Shown: one piece after another, positions 45,589 through 55,335 of the stretch
Numbering within the stretch: the first letter of the stretch is position 1
Layout of the letters: each line of letters opens with the position of its first letter
Assembly (NCBI GenBank): GCA_937877025.1
Contig: CALEGE010000066.1
Location: 15,388-79,387, forward strand
Length of the DNA: 64,000 bases
Direction of reading: 5' to 3'
Source: an uncultured Spirochaetia bacterium
GTDB lineage: Bacteria; Spirochaetota; UBA4802; UBA5368
Translations under genes and position numbers: made by a program
Notes under the pieces: generated by a model
Seen by the model: only the letters and a program-made list of their open reading frames with translations
Databases searched by the model: none
What the model was told of the DNA's origin: nothing

Positions 45589-46329
45589 TTATTTTTTACG
45601 CATTTTTCCGCATACCCTGCATTTGGGATTCGGGGCGATTGTGATGGTACTGAAATTCATCCCGAATCCGTCGAAAAAGAGCAGCCTGTTTTTCAGGGTG
45701 TCGCCCATGCCGGTAATGTGTTTTATCGCTTCCATTGATTGCAGGGCCCCGAGGATTCCTGCCGTCGCGCCGAGGATGGGCGCGGATTGTTTTTCCGGTT
45801 TTTGCGGGTAAAAGCACGCCAGGCAGGCGGTTTCGGGGGGATGGAGAAATGTTATCTGTCCCTGAAATCCAGAGACGCCGGCGTGCACCATTGGAATCGA
45901 TTTTGCTACCGACAGCGTATTGAGAACGTGCCGCGTATCGAAATTGTCAAGGCAGTCAATAATTACATCGGCATCGCCGGCAAGCGTTTCAGCGTTCGCG
46001 CTGGTAATTTTCGTGGCTACCGCATGGAACCGTATATGGGGATTCAGATCTCGCAGTGTCTCGACTGCCGAGTCGACTTTCGGCATGCCGATTTTCCTTT
46101 CGGAGTGGAGCACCTGCCGGTTGAGGTTTGTGAGTTCAACACTGTCGAAATCACACAGTACAAGGGTGCCCACTCCCGCTGCGGCGAGATACATCAGCGC
46201 GGGGCTTCCGAGCCCGCCGGCGCCGGCAACGAACGCTGTCGCATTTTTCAATTTATCCTGGGCGGCAATCCCCCAGTTTTGCAGAGAAAGTTGTCTCGCG
46301 TACCTTTGTATTTCATTGTTGAGTATCAT
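45589..46329 (-). CDS. ThiF/MoeB/HesA-family E1-like adenylyltransferase
   Basis: YARQLSL ... VAGAGGLGSPALMYLAAAGVGTL nucleotide-binding motif and a C-terminal CxxC (CRVCGK). Confidence 0.75.
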   Translation of the reverse strand: MILNNEIQRYARQLSLQNWGIAAQDKLKNATAFVAGAGGLGSPALMYLAAAGVGTLVLCDFDSVELTNLNRQVLHSERKIGMPKVDSAVETLRDLNPHIRFHAVATKITSANAETLAGDADVIIDCLDNFDTRHVLNTLSVAKSIPMVHAGVSGFQGQITFLHPPETACLACFYPQKPEKQSAPILGATAGILGALQSMEAIKHITGMGDTLKNRLLFFDGFGMNFSTITIAPNPKCRVCGKMRKK

Positions 46330-46571
46330 ATGCGCTCCGGATTTCGCGGGTAGCTGGTATCAATCGTGGTCAATTCTATTCTGCCGCCGATATTATTCAA
46401 ATCCAAAATCATGCGGTTAGAAACAGGATACATGACGAAATGGCGAGTATCAGATCTGCCCGGCGCCGTTTTTATTTTTGGGAACAAAGTTTTATGCTAT
46501 AAATGAAAAATTATGGACAAGTGAAGCATGGCGTAGCTATATTATATTAAAATTCTGTGAGGAGCAGGGAT

Positions 46572-46781
46572 ATGTCCGGGAAAATCTCGAAGGATATGAC
46601 CTTTGGCGAGCTTGTGAAGAAGTTTCCAAAGGCAGGTCCTATTCTTGCCGGTTACGGCCTCCACTGCATTGGCTGCCATATTTCGACGGTGGAAACTATC
46701 GAGCAGGGGGCACGGGCGCATGGTCTTGGTGAAGATGAAATTGCCCAGATGATTGGGGAGTTGAACGAACTGGCGATGTAA
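46572..46781 (+). CDS. DUF1858-type small redox-disulfide protein (CxxC)
   Basis: 69 aa. MTFGELVKKFPKAGPILAGYGLHCIGCH ... resembles the hybrid-cluster-protein-associated DUF1858 family. ATG 46572 behind GAGGAG. Confidence 0.5.
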   Translation: MSGKISKDMTFGELVKKFPKAGPILAGYGLHCIGCHISTVETIEQGARAHGLGEDEIAQMIGELNELAM

Positions 46782-46807
46782 GGCAGACGGCTGTTTTTGC
46801 TGATAAA

Positions 46808-46838
46808 AAAGCTACCCTCTCAGAAGGTAGCTTTTTTT
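46808..46838. terminator. bidirectional intrinsic terminator (A6-hairpin-T7)
   Basis: AAAAAA GCTACCCTCT-cag-AAGGTAGC TTTTTTT. It ends the DUF1858 gene on the plus strand and the tRNA pair on the minus strand. Confidence 0.6.
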
Positions 46839-46849
46839 GTTCGAGTCTG

Positions 46850-46931
46850 TGGTGAGGGATGGATTCGAACCATCGAAGGCTTCGCCGGCAGATTTACAGT
46901 CTGCTCCCTTTGGCCGCTCGGGAACCTCACC
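46850..46931 (-). tRNA. tRNA-Tyr (anticodon GTA), long variable arm
   Basis: Reverse complement reads GGTGAGG TT CCCGAGCGGCCAAAGGGA GCAGA CTGTAAA TCTGC CGGCGAAGCCTTCG ATGGTTCGAATCCAT CCCTCACC A. Anticodon GUA with a type-II variable arm. 82 nt. CCA is not encoded. Confidence 0.85.
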
Positions 46932-46937
46932 GTACTA

Positions 46938-47010
46938 AGCTGGCGAGAGGAATCGAACCCCCAACAAGCTGATTACAAATCAGCTGCTCTACCGATTGAG
47001 CTACGCCAGC
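46938..47010 (-). tRNA. tRNA-Thr (anticodon TGT)
   Basis: Reverse complement reads GCTGGCG TA GCTCAATCGGTAGAGC A GCTGA TTTGTAA TCAGC TTGTT GGGGG TTCGATT CCTCT CGCCAGC T. Anticodon UGU. 73 nt. The T-stem has two G-U pairs. Confidence 0.8.
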
Positions 47011-47028
47011 GAGTCCCAAGACCTTTCC

Positions 47029-47056
47029 TTCTTAAAAGAATGTCGCATACTGTCAA
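47029..47056 (-). promoter_or_regulatory. candidate sigma70 promoter for the tRNA-Thr/tRNA-Tyr transcript
   Basis: On the minus strand: TTGACA - 16 nt - TAAGAA, ending ~18 nt upstream of the tRNA-Thr 5' end. Confidence 0.35.
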
Positions 47057-47257
47057 TGATTTTTTAACCAATTAGTGAAAAAATGGAAGGTGAATATGTT
47101 ATTGACAGCCTGACTGTTTGAATGAAACCTGTTTGCCGATACATAGTATATCCAGAGTGGAATTCCTTATATCGCCGCCCGGATTCTGTAACGACGTGTT
47201 TGGGTGGGGCGGTTCTTCGGCGGTACTGTTATTGTTGTGACTGGCAATGGAGTGAAA

Positions 47258-48595
47258 ATGAAACGTAAACTATTTGCGGCAAGCTGCATCGTTACCGTGT
47301 GCATTTGCGGTCATGTGAGCGCCGAATCGAAAAATGTTACATTGGATGACTGCATAAAAATAGCGATGGATAATCATCCCGACATTATGGTTTCCGCAGA
47401 AGAGCAGAACAAAGCGGTTGCCGGTTACACCGCCGCAAAATCGCTGAACAAAATGAATATCTATGGAGAGGCAAAAACCGTAGAGTATTTGAAGCCGAAA
47501 TCCTCAACGAGCACGTTCAATGTTCCGGGTAAGGATACGTCGATCGGCCTGTTTGCGGGTGCGACAGTGTCGTATTCGCTGTATGATGCCACCAAGTCGC
47601 GGAAAGAAAACCTGGCGAGAATGAACATTGATCTGTCGAGGATGAACGACATCAAGGTTCGCAGCGGTATTATGCTCAATGTCAAAACGACGTATTATGC
47701 TTATGCGTTTGCCCGTGAAAACACCCGCCTGAAAGAGGAGTTGAAGAATCAATATCAGATTAAACTTGAAAAGACGCAGATGTTCCTTAAAAATGGGCAA
47801 CGGCCGGTTATCGATGTTACGAAGGCGGAAGTGGACCTCGCGTCGGCGGTGCTGGAGTACGAGAAGGCGAAAAACCAGGAAAATATGGCGAAAGCCGAAC
47901 TGCTGTCCGCTCTCGGAATTTTTGATGAGGATATTGAAATATCGCCTCAGGCGGTTTCGGAGCTTCCGAAGGTGAGATATTCGTTGGCCGAATTGTATAC
48001 GCTTGCCGAGCACAATTCGCCGGACATTCGGATTACGCGCCTTACCAGGGAAATTCAGAAGGTGAATATCGATGTGGAAAAAGCCGCGCGGAATCTCTCT
48101 GTCGATGTTATCGCCGCGTTTGGCCTTGAAAATAAAAACATGACAGGGCAGTCGGCCGAGGAGAATATGAAAAGCGAAAACTGGAAGCCGACGTTTCATG
48201 CCGGATTCCAGGCGAGGTTCCCCATTTATACTGCGGGCGGCATCACCGCGAAAATCAACGCCGCGACGGCCGACTATAATAAATCCGTATATAACGAAAA
48301 AAAAATATTGATAAATATAAAATCGATGATTCGAACCTACCTGCAGGGGATGCGCGAACTATCAAAGCAGCTCGAGCTCTCAACCCTGATGCGGAAGAAC
48401 GCTGAAAATCATCTGACGCTCGCACGCAAGAGTTATGAAATGGGAATCGGCACGCAGCTTGCGTTGCAGGACGCTGAAACAGCGCGTATCGACGCGGAAC
48501 TTTTTTATCAAAAAGCGCGGTATGATTATCTTCTGACGCTTTCGAAATTGTCGGGCACAATAGGCCTTGGAGAGGAATATTTATGCGAAAAATAA
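47258..48595 (+). CDS. TolC-family outer-membrane efflux protein
   Basis: Signal peptide, then two outer-membrane-efflux-protein repeats with coiled-coil segments. It is the first gene of a tolC-macA-macB-like operon. ATG 47258 behind GGAGTG. Confidence 0.7.
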   Translation: MKRKLFAASCIVTVCICGHVSAESKNVTLDDCIKIAMDNHPDIMVSAEEQNKAVAGYTAAKSLNKMNIYGEAKTVEYLKPKSSTSTFNVPGKDTSIGLFAGATVSYSLYDATKSRKENLARMNIDLSRMNDIKVRSGIMLNVKTTYYAYAFARENTRLKEELKNQYQIKLEKTQMFLKNGQRPVIDVTKAEVDLASAVLEYEKAKNQENMAKAELLSALGIFDEDIEISPQAVSELPKVRYSLAELYTLAEHNSPDIRITRLTREIQKVNIDVEKAARNLSVDVIAAFGLENKNMTGQSAEENMKSENWKPTFHAGFQARFPIYTAGGITAKINAATADYNKSVYNEKKILINIKSMIRTYLQGMRELSKQLELSTLMRKNAENHLTLARKSYEMGIGTQLALQDAETARIDAELFYQKARYDYLLTLSKLSGTIGLGEEYLCEK

Positions 48596-49713
48596 ATGTG
48601 ATGTCATGGCCGTTGAAGAAAAAGCTTGTCGCGGGGGGGCTGTGTGTTTTTGCCGTTGTGCTTCTGATTATCATCGTGAGAAGCTGTGGGGTGGCCACCG
48701 ATATTGTGTACAGGTACGAGCGGGTCACTGTTGGTGAGGTTACAAAGACGATATCGGTCAGCGGCAAGCTTGATGTGCTGAATTCGTATTCGGTGCTGAG
48801 TAAAATTAACGGCATAGTCAGCAGGGTATACGCTGATTTTAACCAGACGGTGAGACAGGGGCAGGTGCTGGCCACCATAGATTCGTCGGAAATTGATAAT
48901 CAGATGATGAGGGTTTCAACGCAGTTGGAAAGGGCGAAACTCGATCTTGTCGGCGCCAGGATGGAACTGGACACAAAGCAAAGCCTTTTTAAGGACAATC
49001 TGATATCGGCGAAGGACCTCGAGCAGTCAGAATTGAATTACAAGAAAATACAGACCCTGTTAAAACAATACACGATTGAATACAACATCGCGCTGAAAAA
49101 TAAAAGTTATACGAAAATTGTTTCACCGATTGGCGGCGTAGTGATCGCAAGGGAGATCAGGCAGATGGACCTTGTAAACGTCAACAAGCTGCTGTTCGTA
49201 ATCGGTCAAAAACTGGAAAAAATGTATTTAACGATAAATATCGATGAATCGGATATCGGAAGAGTGGCCCGGGGACAGAAGGTCAGCTTTACCGTAAGCG
49301 CGTTTCCGGATACGGTGTTTTCAGGCTCTATTGACCAGGTGCATTTTACGCCAATAAACAGCGGGGGCATTGTGATGTATGAAGCCATCGTATTGTGCGA
49401 TAACAGCAAGCTCTTGTTAAAACCGGGAATGACGGCGACAGCGACTGTTGTTACCGCTCATAAGGAAAACGTGAAGCGGATTTCTAACGAGGCTTTGATA
49501 GTATCGCCAAGGGATATGAGGATCGAGCCTGGCAAACAATATGTCTGGAAAAAACAAAAATACGAAACTGACGGGTTGCCGATGCGGCGAATTGAGGTGA
49601 AGACTGGAATAGTCGGCGATACATATACCGAGCTGCTCTCAGATGACGTGAAAACAGGCGACAGGGTTCTGGTTCGAATCGATAAAAAACTCAGGATAAA
49701 GGATAACATATAG
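48583..49713 (+). CDS. efflux transporter periplasmic adaptor subunit (HlyD/MacA family)
   Basis: N-terminal TM, a coiled-coil hairpin, and a lipoyl/beta-barrel region (VLATIDSSEIDNQ ... ATATVVTAHKENV). Its start overlaps the tolC-like stop. Confidence 0.75.
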   Translation: MRKINVMSWPLKKKLVAGGLCVFAVVLLIIIVRSCGVATDIVYRYERVTVGEVTKTISVSGKLDVLNSYSVLSKINGIVSRVYADFNQTVRQGQVLATIDSSEIDNQMMRVSTQLERAKLDLVGARMELDTKQSLFKDNLISAKDLEQSELNYKKIQTLLKQYTIEYNIALKNKSYTKIVSPIGGVVIAREIRQMDLVNVNKLLFVIGQKLEKMYLTINIDESDIGRVARGQKVSFTVSAFPDTVFSGSIDQVHFTPINSGGIVMYEAIVLCDNSKLLLKPGMTATATVVTAHKENVKRISNEALIVSPRDMRIEPGKQYVWKKQKYETDGLPMRRIEVKTGIVGDTYTELLSDDVKTGDRVLVRIDKKLRIKDNI

Positions 49714-49718
49714 TCCGC

Positions 49719-50444
49719 ATGAGCAACAGGGTTATAGATATTTCCAACCTGGTAAAGACCTACCAGATCAGCGAGGAAGTTAGCGTACAGGCGTTAAAGG
49801 GGATTTCGCTGAAGGTGAAACACAGCGAGTTTGTCGCCATTATGGGGGCGTCGGGCTCTGGCAAATCAACGTTTATGAATGTGCTGGGGCTGCTGGATTC
49901 CCCGACATCTGGAAGGTATGTCCTTGATAGTATCGATGTGAGCGGCCTGAACGATAATCAGAAGGCGGAAATACGAAATTATAAAATCGGATTTGTATTT
50001 CAAGGATTTAATCTTCTATCGAGAACGACGGCGCTTGAGAATATCGAATTGCCGATGATGTATCGCGGCGGCGTTAATGCCGGCGAAATGAGGGATAAGG
50101 CGCGCGGCCTTTTATCGCTTGTGGGACTGGCGGGAAGGGAGGGCCACACGCCGAACAGGCTTTCAGGCGGCGAGCAGCAGAGAATCGCCATAGCCCGCGC
50201 GCTGATCAATGATCCCGCCATCATTCTCGCGGACGAGCCAACGGGCAACCTCGATACGAAAAACACCATTGAAGTAATGAATATATTCACACGGCTGAAC
50301 AGGGAGCTGGGTATCACGATAATCCTTGTTACGCACGAACCCGATGTCGCCGATTTTACGCATAGAAAGGTTGTGTTTAGAGACGGAGAGATTATCCAGG
50401 ATACGCCGGTGCGCCGGGGCAAAACGGCGGGCAGGAAGAAGTAG
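49719..50444 (+). CDS. ABC transporter ATP-binding protein (MacB/LolD-like)
   Basis: Walker A GASGSGKST, ABC signature LSGGEQQRIAIARAL, Walker B ILADEPT. Confidence 0.85.
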   Translation: MSNRVIDISNLVKTYQISEEVSVQALKGISLKVKHSEFVAIMGASGSGKSTFMNVLGLLDSPTSGRYVLDSIDVSGLNDNQKAEIRNYKIGFVFQGFNLLSRTTALENIELPMMYRGGVNAGEMRDKARGLLSLVGLAGREGHTPNRLSGGEQQRIAIARALINDPAIILADEPTGNLDTKNTIEVMNIFTRLNRELGITIILVTHEPDVADFTHRKVVFRDGEIIQDTPVRRGKTAGRKK

Positions 50445-50445
50445 T

Positions 50446-51627
50446 ATGAATATTAGAAACCTTGTTATTACGGCGTTCAGGTCGCTGGCAAAAAATAAGA
50501 TGCGCTCAGCCCTTACAAGCCTTGGCGTAATCATAGGTGTCGCGTCGGTTATCATGATGGTGGGTATTGGCAGCAGCGCCCGTATCGCAGTTCGCGACAA
50601 GGTGTTTACCTATGGCGCGAACGCGATGTCCGTCACGTACCGAATAAAACCGTTTTATGAAAAGGATATTGAATATCTGCGCAGAAATGTTTTACAGATC
50701 AAAAATATTACGCCGGTCGCCGCGCGCGAAACCGTTGTCGTGAAGTATAAGAACAGAATGATGCGAAGCAGGGCAAGCGGCGTGAACAATGAGTTTTTTA
50801 CGATAAAAGAATGGCCGTTGCAATACGGAAGGTATTTTACATTCCTCGAGATAGCCTCGTATCAAAAAGTTGTGATACTCGGCAATACGACCAGGCTTGA
50901 ATTGTTTGGCAACACCGATCCTATCGGAAAGATCGTGTTGATTAATAATAATCCCTTTATGGTTATCGGTTCGCTTTCGGAGCTTGGCCAGGCGTTGTCG
51001 GGCAGAGACCAGGACAATGTTATAATCCTTCCATACACAACTGCAGCGGTGAAAATATCGGGAACCAGGAGTTTCGAGGAAATCATCGTTGCGACGTATT
51101 CGGAAAAGATGATAAACGATACCGTTACTGAAATAAAAGAATATTTCAGGCGTGAACATGCTGTTCCCAGGAATCAACCTGATGATGTGAAAGTCAGCAC
51201 GAGCAAGGAAAAACTGGAGATGGCGGAATTTATATCCAAAACCATGTCGCTTCTTTTGGCTGGTATTGCGTCAATTTCGCTCATCGTCGGCGGTATCGGC
51301 ATAATGAACATCATGCTTGTGTCCGTAAGTGAGAGAACGCGCGAAATAGGCATCCGCATGGCGATTGGCGCGAAGAAGAACGATATCCTCACGCAGTTTC
51401 TGATAGAAGCCACGACCCTGAGCGCCGGAGGGGGTGTGGTGGGAATACTTATTGGGCTATTGATTTATTTTGCGATTACAGCGGCAGTAGGCTGGCCGTT
51501 TGTTTTTTCCTTTTTTTCAGTATTTGTTTCGTTTCTTTTTTCGTGTGCCGTCGGCATTTTCTTCGGATATTATCCCGCAAAAAAAGCCTCGTCGTTGAAG
51601 CCAATTGAAGCGCTTCGATACGAATAA
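50446..51627 (+). CDS. ABC transporter permease (MacB/FtsX family)
   Basis: N-terminal TM, a large periplasmic domain and a C-terminal FtsX-like 3-TM bundle. ATG 50446 lies 1 nt after the ATPase stop. Confidence 0.8.
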   Translation: MNIRNLVITAFRSLAKNKMRSALTSLGVIIGVASVIMMVGIGSSARIAVRDKVFTYGANAMSVTYRIKPFYEKDIEYLRRNVLQIKNITPVAARETVVVKYKNRMMRSRASGVNNEFFTIKEWPLQYGRYFTFLEIASYQKVVILGNTTRLELFGNTDPIGKIVLINNNPFMVIGSLSELGQALSGRDQDNVIILPYTTAAVKISGTRSFEEIIVATYSEKMINDTVTEIKEYFRREHAVPRNQPDDVKVSTSKEKLEMAEFISKTMSLLLAGIASISLIVGGIGIMNIMLVSVSERTREIGIRMAIGAKKNDILTQFLIEATTLSAGGGVVGILIGLLIYFAITAAVGWPFVFSFFSVFVSFLFSCAVGIFFGYYPAKKASSLKPIEALRYE

Positions 51628-51939
51628 TGTGTTAATTGGCGTGTGCATCGCCGCGGCGCGTGTCGCGGATGATGCTTGCCGCATCCCCGCATTTGATAGT
51701 ACGACAATTGTTGGAAAAATATTTATAAACTCTGTTAAGACATAATCCATAAAATACCGATACATGTAGCAGTTGGTTGCGATATGAAGCGCCGGCGTAT
51801 CTGCTTTAAATGATCGCGCTCAATCGGTATATTATTGACAGAGTGATGATGTGCAGGGCCGCACACAGCGACGATTGCGGCACGTGAAACATATTGGCAC
51901 CGCGGCTTGCTCAATTTACGTAAAGCAAGGAGAACCAGG

Positions 51940-52833
51940 TTGAAAGAAATTCAGGCAATTAAAAAGTTTAAACGTTTTTTGCAGACTGAAAAGGGATTAT
52001 CGCCGAACTCGGTGTATTCGTATACCTACGATCTGAAAAAATTCAGCGATTTTCTCGCAAAAAACAGCAAGGATATTCTTTCCGCGACGCACGAGGATAT
52101 TCAGCAATTTTTAAAATTCGAAAAAACGAAAAAGCATAACTCATCGAGAACACTTGCGCGTTCACTCGCCGCGATTCGCCAGTTTTATAATTATGTATCG
52201 GATACCTACGGCACTGCCGAAAATCCGACCAGCAAGATCGGAACTCCGCAGGTGGAAAAGACGCTGCCTGATTTTTTGTCGGTCAGGGAAATTGAAGCGC
52301 TGTTCGGTTTGATTTCCGAAAATGATAGTTTCGAGTTGCGCGATAAAACAATATTTGAGCTGTTGTACTCGTGCGGCCTGCGAATTTCCGAAGCGGTTGA
52401 GCTCACAATGTCGGACTTAGATTTTGAAAACAGCTTTATCAGGGTGAAGGGCAAGGGCGGCAAGGAGCGGATAGTCCCAGTGGGGGCCGAGGCTGTCAGG
52501 CTGTTGAAAAAATATCTTAAAGAATCGCGCCCGGATATCCTTGGCGAGCGTCCGAGCGACTATGTGTTTATCAGTAAAAAGGGCTCCATGCTCAACAGAA
52601 AATCTGTATGGCGGCTTCTCAAGGGGTATGTCGACCGCACTGAAATAACTAAAAACATCACGCCTCATACGCTGCGTCATTCCTTTGCGACGCATCTCAT
52701 CGAAAACGGCGCCGATCTGCGATCGGTACAGGAATTGCTGGGGCATATGGATATATCGACAACGCAGATATACACGCATCTTGCCAGGAAGGAACTGCAG
52801 AAAATCCACAAACGGTATCATCCGAAAGGATGA
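51940..52833 (+). CDS. xerD: site-specific tyrosine recombinase XerD (XerC/XerD family)
   Basis: C-terminal catalytic motifs (ELLYSCGLRISE; HTLRHSFATHL; LGHMDISTTQIYTHL with the catalytic Tyr). TTG start 6 nt after AAGGAGA. The N-terminus begins at KEIQAIKKF. Confidence 0.75.
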   Translation: MKEIQAIKKFKRFLQTEKGLSPNSVYSYTYDLKKFSDFLAKNSKDILSATHEDIQQFLKFEKTKKHNSSRTLARSLAAIRQFYNYVSDTYGTAENPTSKIGTPQVEKTLPDFLSVREIEALFGLISENDSFELRDKTIFELLYSCGLRISEAVELTMSDLDFENSFIRVKGKGGKERIVPVGAEAVRLLKKYLKESRPDILGERPSDYVFISKKGSMLNRKSVWRLLKGYVDRTEITKNITPHTLRHSFATHLIENGADLRSVQELLGHMDISTTQIYTHLARKELQKIHKRYHPKG

Positions 52834-52860
52834 CGCGATTTGCAGCGCACTGTCTTCCTC

Positions 52861-54057
52861 ATGAATCGAAATATGCGAAAACGCGGGGCATGGAGCGCGC
52901 TGTGTATCGTGCTCGTTCTCTCGGTAGTTGCATCATGCACACCCTCAAGGGATTTTCTGCTGAAGCGGAGCGCGGCGACGCGTCTGGACAAACAGTATGT
53001 GCGCGTGTTGCTGCTGAACAGCGGGGACCGCGTAACGATTTCATCGAAAAAGAGAATACGGATATCAGACGTAAAAACGCGGGAGGTGTACTATGACGGA
53101 AAAGGCGGCAATGTGCATTTTTATCCTGAGCGGGTAAAAAAACCCGTTGTTGTCGAATCATGGGAAAGCCCGCTGAGCGTCAATGGAAAGCCGTACCGTG
53201 GATTGCTTGAACTGCATAATGTCGTTGGCAGGCTTCACGTGATAAATGTTGTGACGATGAGCGAATATCTGTGCGGTGTCGTGCCGTCGGAAATATCCAG
53301 TTCGTGGAACGCCGAGGCGTTGAAGGCGCAGGCCGTCGCGGCGAGAACGTTTGCGTGGTATCATCTGATAAATAAAAAAGGGTCACAGGTTGATTTCGAT
53401 GCGACCACCAGCTTTCAAGTCTATGGCGGGGCCGCCGCGGAAACCGACGCGACGAACAGGGCTGTTGCCGCCACCGACGGGGAAATTGCGGTGTATCGTG
53501 ATAATCCCATTCTTGCGTATTATCACTCGACGTGCGGCGGGCATACGATCGACAACAATTATGTGTGGAAGGGAAGCGGCATTCCGTACCTGAAAGGCGT
53601 GCGCTGCGACTACTGCACGGCGTCACCGCATTTTTCATGGGAGGAACATCTGTCGCTCTATGATCTGAGAAATTATTTAGGGAAAAAGTATACGGGCGTT
53701 GGCGCCATTACGGGAGTCAGATTTCAAAGAAACAGGGGCAGGGTCGTACAGGTGGTTATCACGCACAAAAATGGAATTATTCGGCTTACCGGAAACGAAT
53801 TTCGGTTGCTGCTGCCGGAAAAAAAAATACGGAGCATGTGCTTTACTGCCGCAAAAACCCGCGATGGCTTGATAGTGAACGGTAATGGGTGGGGGCACGG
53901 CGTGGGGCTCTGCCAGTGGGGCGCAAACGGTATGGCCGCACGCGGCTTGACATATAGGGAGATCCTTGCTCATTATTACAGCGGTGTCAGGATTGTCGCA
54001 ATGGGCAATCGTGCTCTCCGGCATGTAAACGAAAAAAGCATTGCGGCACGCAAGTAA
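52861..54057 (+). CDS. SpoIID/LytB-domain protein (amidase enhancer family)
   Basis: Signal peptide plus lipobox-like SC. SpoIID core (MSEYLCGVVPSEISSSWNAEALKAQAVAARTFA ... YHSTCGGHT). Confidence 0.7.
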   Translation: MNRNMRKRGAWSALCIVLVLSVVASCTPSRDFLLKRSAATRLDKQYVRVLLLNSGDRVTISSKKRIRISDVKTREVYYDGKGGNVHFYPERVKKPVVVESWESPLSVNGKPYRGLLELHNVVGRLHVINVVTMSEYLCGVVPSEISSSWNAEALKAQAVAARTFAWYHLINKKGSQVDFDATTSFQVYGGAAAETDATNRAVAATDGEIAVYRDNPILAYYHSTCGGHTIDNNYVWKGSGIPYLKGVRCDYCTASPHFSWEEHLSLYDLRNYLGKKYTGVGAITGVRFQRNRGRVVQVVITHKNGIIRLTGNEFRLLLPEKKIRSMCFTAAKTRDGLIVNGNGWGHGVGLCQWGANGMAARGLTYREILAHYYSGVRIVAMGNRALRHVNEKSIAARK

Positions 54058-54189
54058 AACGGCCTTTCCACGGATATCGCCGCCGGTTTTTTAATTTTTT
54101 TCACGCACTATCAAATTGAGAATGCAAATTTCGACGCCAGTACGTACGGTGGACGCCGTTCGCGGGTGTTGTATGCCCCTTGTCGCTGG

Positions 54190-55239
54190 ATGAAGCTTAT
54201 GATAAATAAACGTATATACGGCCTGAGCGATTTTGATTTTGATCTTCCTGAAGATCTCATTGCGCAGTTTCCTGTTGAAAAGAGGGATGAATCCCGCCTT
54301 ATGGCCGTGCGGAGGAAAACCGGGGAGATCAGCCATAGCAGGTTTTACCGGCTCTGTGATTATTTGAGCGGTGATGATGTGCTGGTGTTCAACAATGCGA
54401 AGGTTATTCCTGCGCGGCTCCAGTTTTCTCGTGAATCGGGCGGCCGCGTGGAGATCATCCTTACGGGAAAGGCATCGGAAAACCGCTGGATGGTGTTGAG
54501 CAACAGAACGGCCAGGCTGAAATCAGGCGAAACGCTTGTGTCGGCGGTCGATCCGTCGATCACCATGCGTGTGCTCCGCAGGGTAGATGAATATCTTGAG
54601 GTCGAAACGTCGCGGCCGTTTGACGACGAAACGCTGCACGATATCGGCAGCATCCCCCTGCCGCCGTATATCAGACGCGAAGCCGCACCGTCTGATGACG
54701 AACAGTATCAGACCGTGTACGCAAAGGAAAGCGGTGCGGTGGCCGCGCCGACCGCGGGGCTGCATTTTACCCGCGAGTTGATGAACGCGATCGTGGAAAA
54801 AGGGATAACGACGGTGTATCTCACCCTGTATGTATCATGGGGAACGTTTCAGCCTGTGCGACATGAGGATATTTCACTGCATAAAATGCACAGCGAAAAA
54901 TTCGATTTTGACAAAGCTGACGCAGCAGCGGTAACCGCCGCGCGCCGCGACGGCCGGCGGATCATAGCTGTCGGAACAACATCGTTGCGCGTTCTTGAAA
55001 GCGTCTATACGGATGGCGTTTATTCCGGGGGGCGCGGAGAAACGGATATTTTTATATATCCCCCTCGTGAGGTGCGTTCGATTGACGCACTCGTTACGAA
55101 TTTTCATATGCCGCGCTCGACGCTTTTGATGCTGGTTGCGGCATTTGCGGGCTATGATTGCATTATGCGCGCCTACCGTGAGGCTGTGCGAAACCGTTAT
55201 CGCTTTTTTTCTTACGGCGATGCGATGCTTATTTTTTAG
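54190..55239 (+). CDS. queA: S-adenosylmethionine:tRNA ribosyltransferase-isomerase
   Basis: LSDFDFDLPEDLIAQFP N-terminal motif, GTTSLRVLE and FHMPRSTLLMLV C-terminal motifs. Confidence 0.85.
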   Translation: MKLMINKRIYGLSDFDFDLPEDLIAQFPVEKRDESRLMAVRRKTGEISHSRFYRLCDYLSGDDVLVFNNAKVIPARLQFSRESGGRVEIILTGKASENRWMVLSNRTARLKSGETLVSAVDPSITMRVLRRVDEYLEVETSRPFDDETLHDIGSIPLPPYIRREAAPSDDEQYQTVYAKESGAVAAPTAGLHFTRELMNAIVEKGITTVYLTLYVSWGTFQPVRHEDISLHKMHSEKFDFDKADAAAVTAARRDGRRIIAVGTTSLRVLESVYTDGVYSGGRGETDIFIYPPREVRSIDALVTNFHMPRSTLLMLVAAFAGYDCIMRAYREAVRNRYRFFSYGDAMLIF

Positions 55240-55335
55240 GCGAGGGGGAACACTGCTTGACAAAAAGCTTAAAATCGTGGAATAAACGAATATAGCGGTT
55301 TACATAATACTGAGACGCTCTGGAAATTATCTGAC

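Noticed and set aside
46557-46571. GTG start of the DUF1858 ORF at 46557
   Set aside because: ATG 46572 lies directly behind GAGGAG and gives the conserved family N-terminus, so it is preferred.
51940-52833. Tyrosine recombinase as a phage/ICE integrase
   Set aside because: Its length, N-terminal SAM-like domain and C-terminal motifs are XerD-like. I saw no flanking att-like repeat, excisionase, or phage or conjugation genes.
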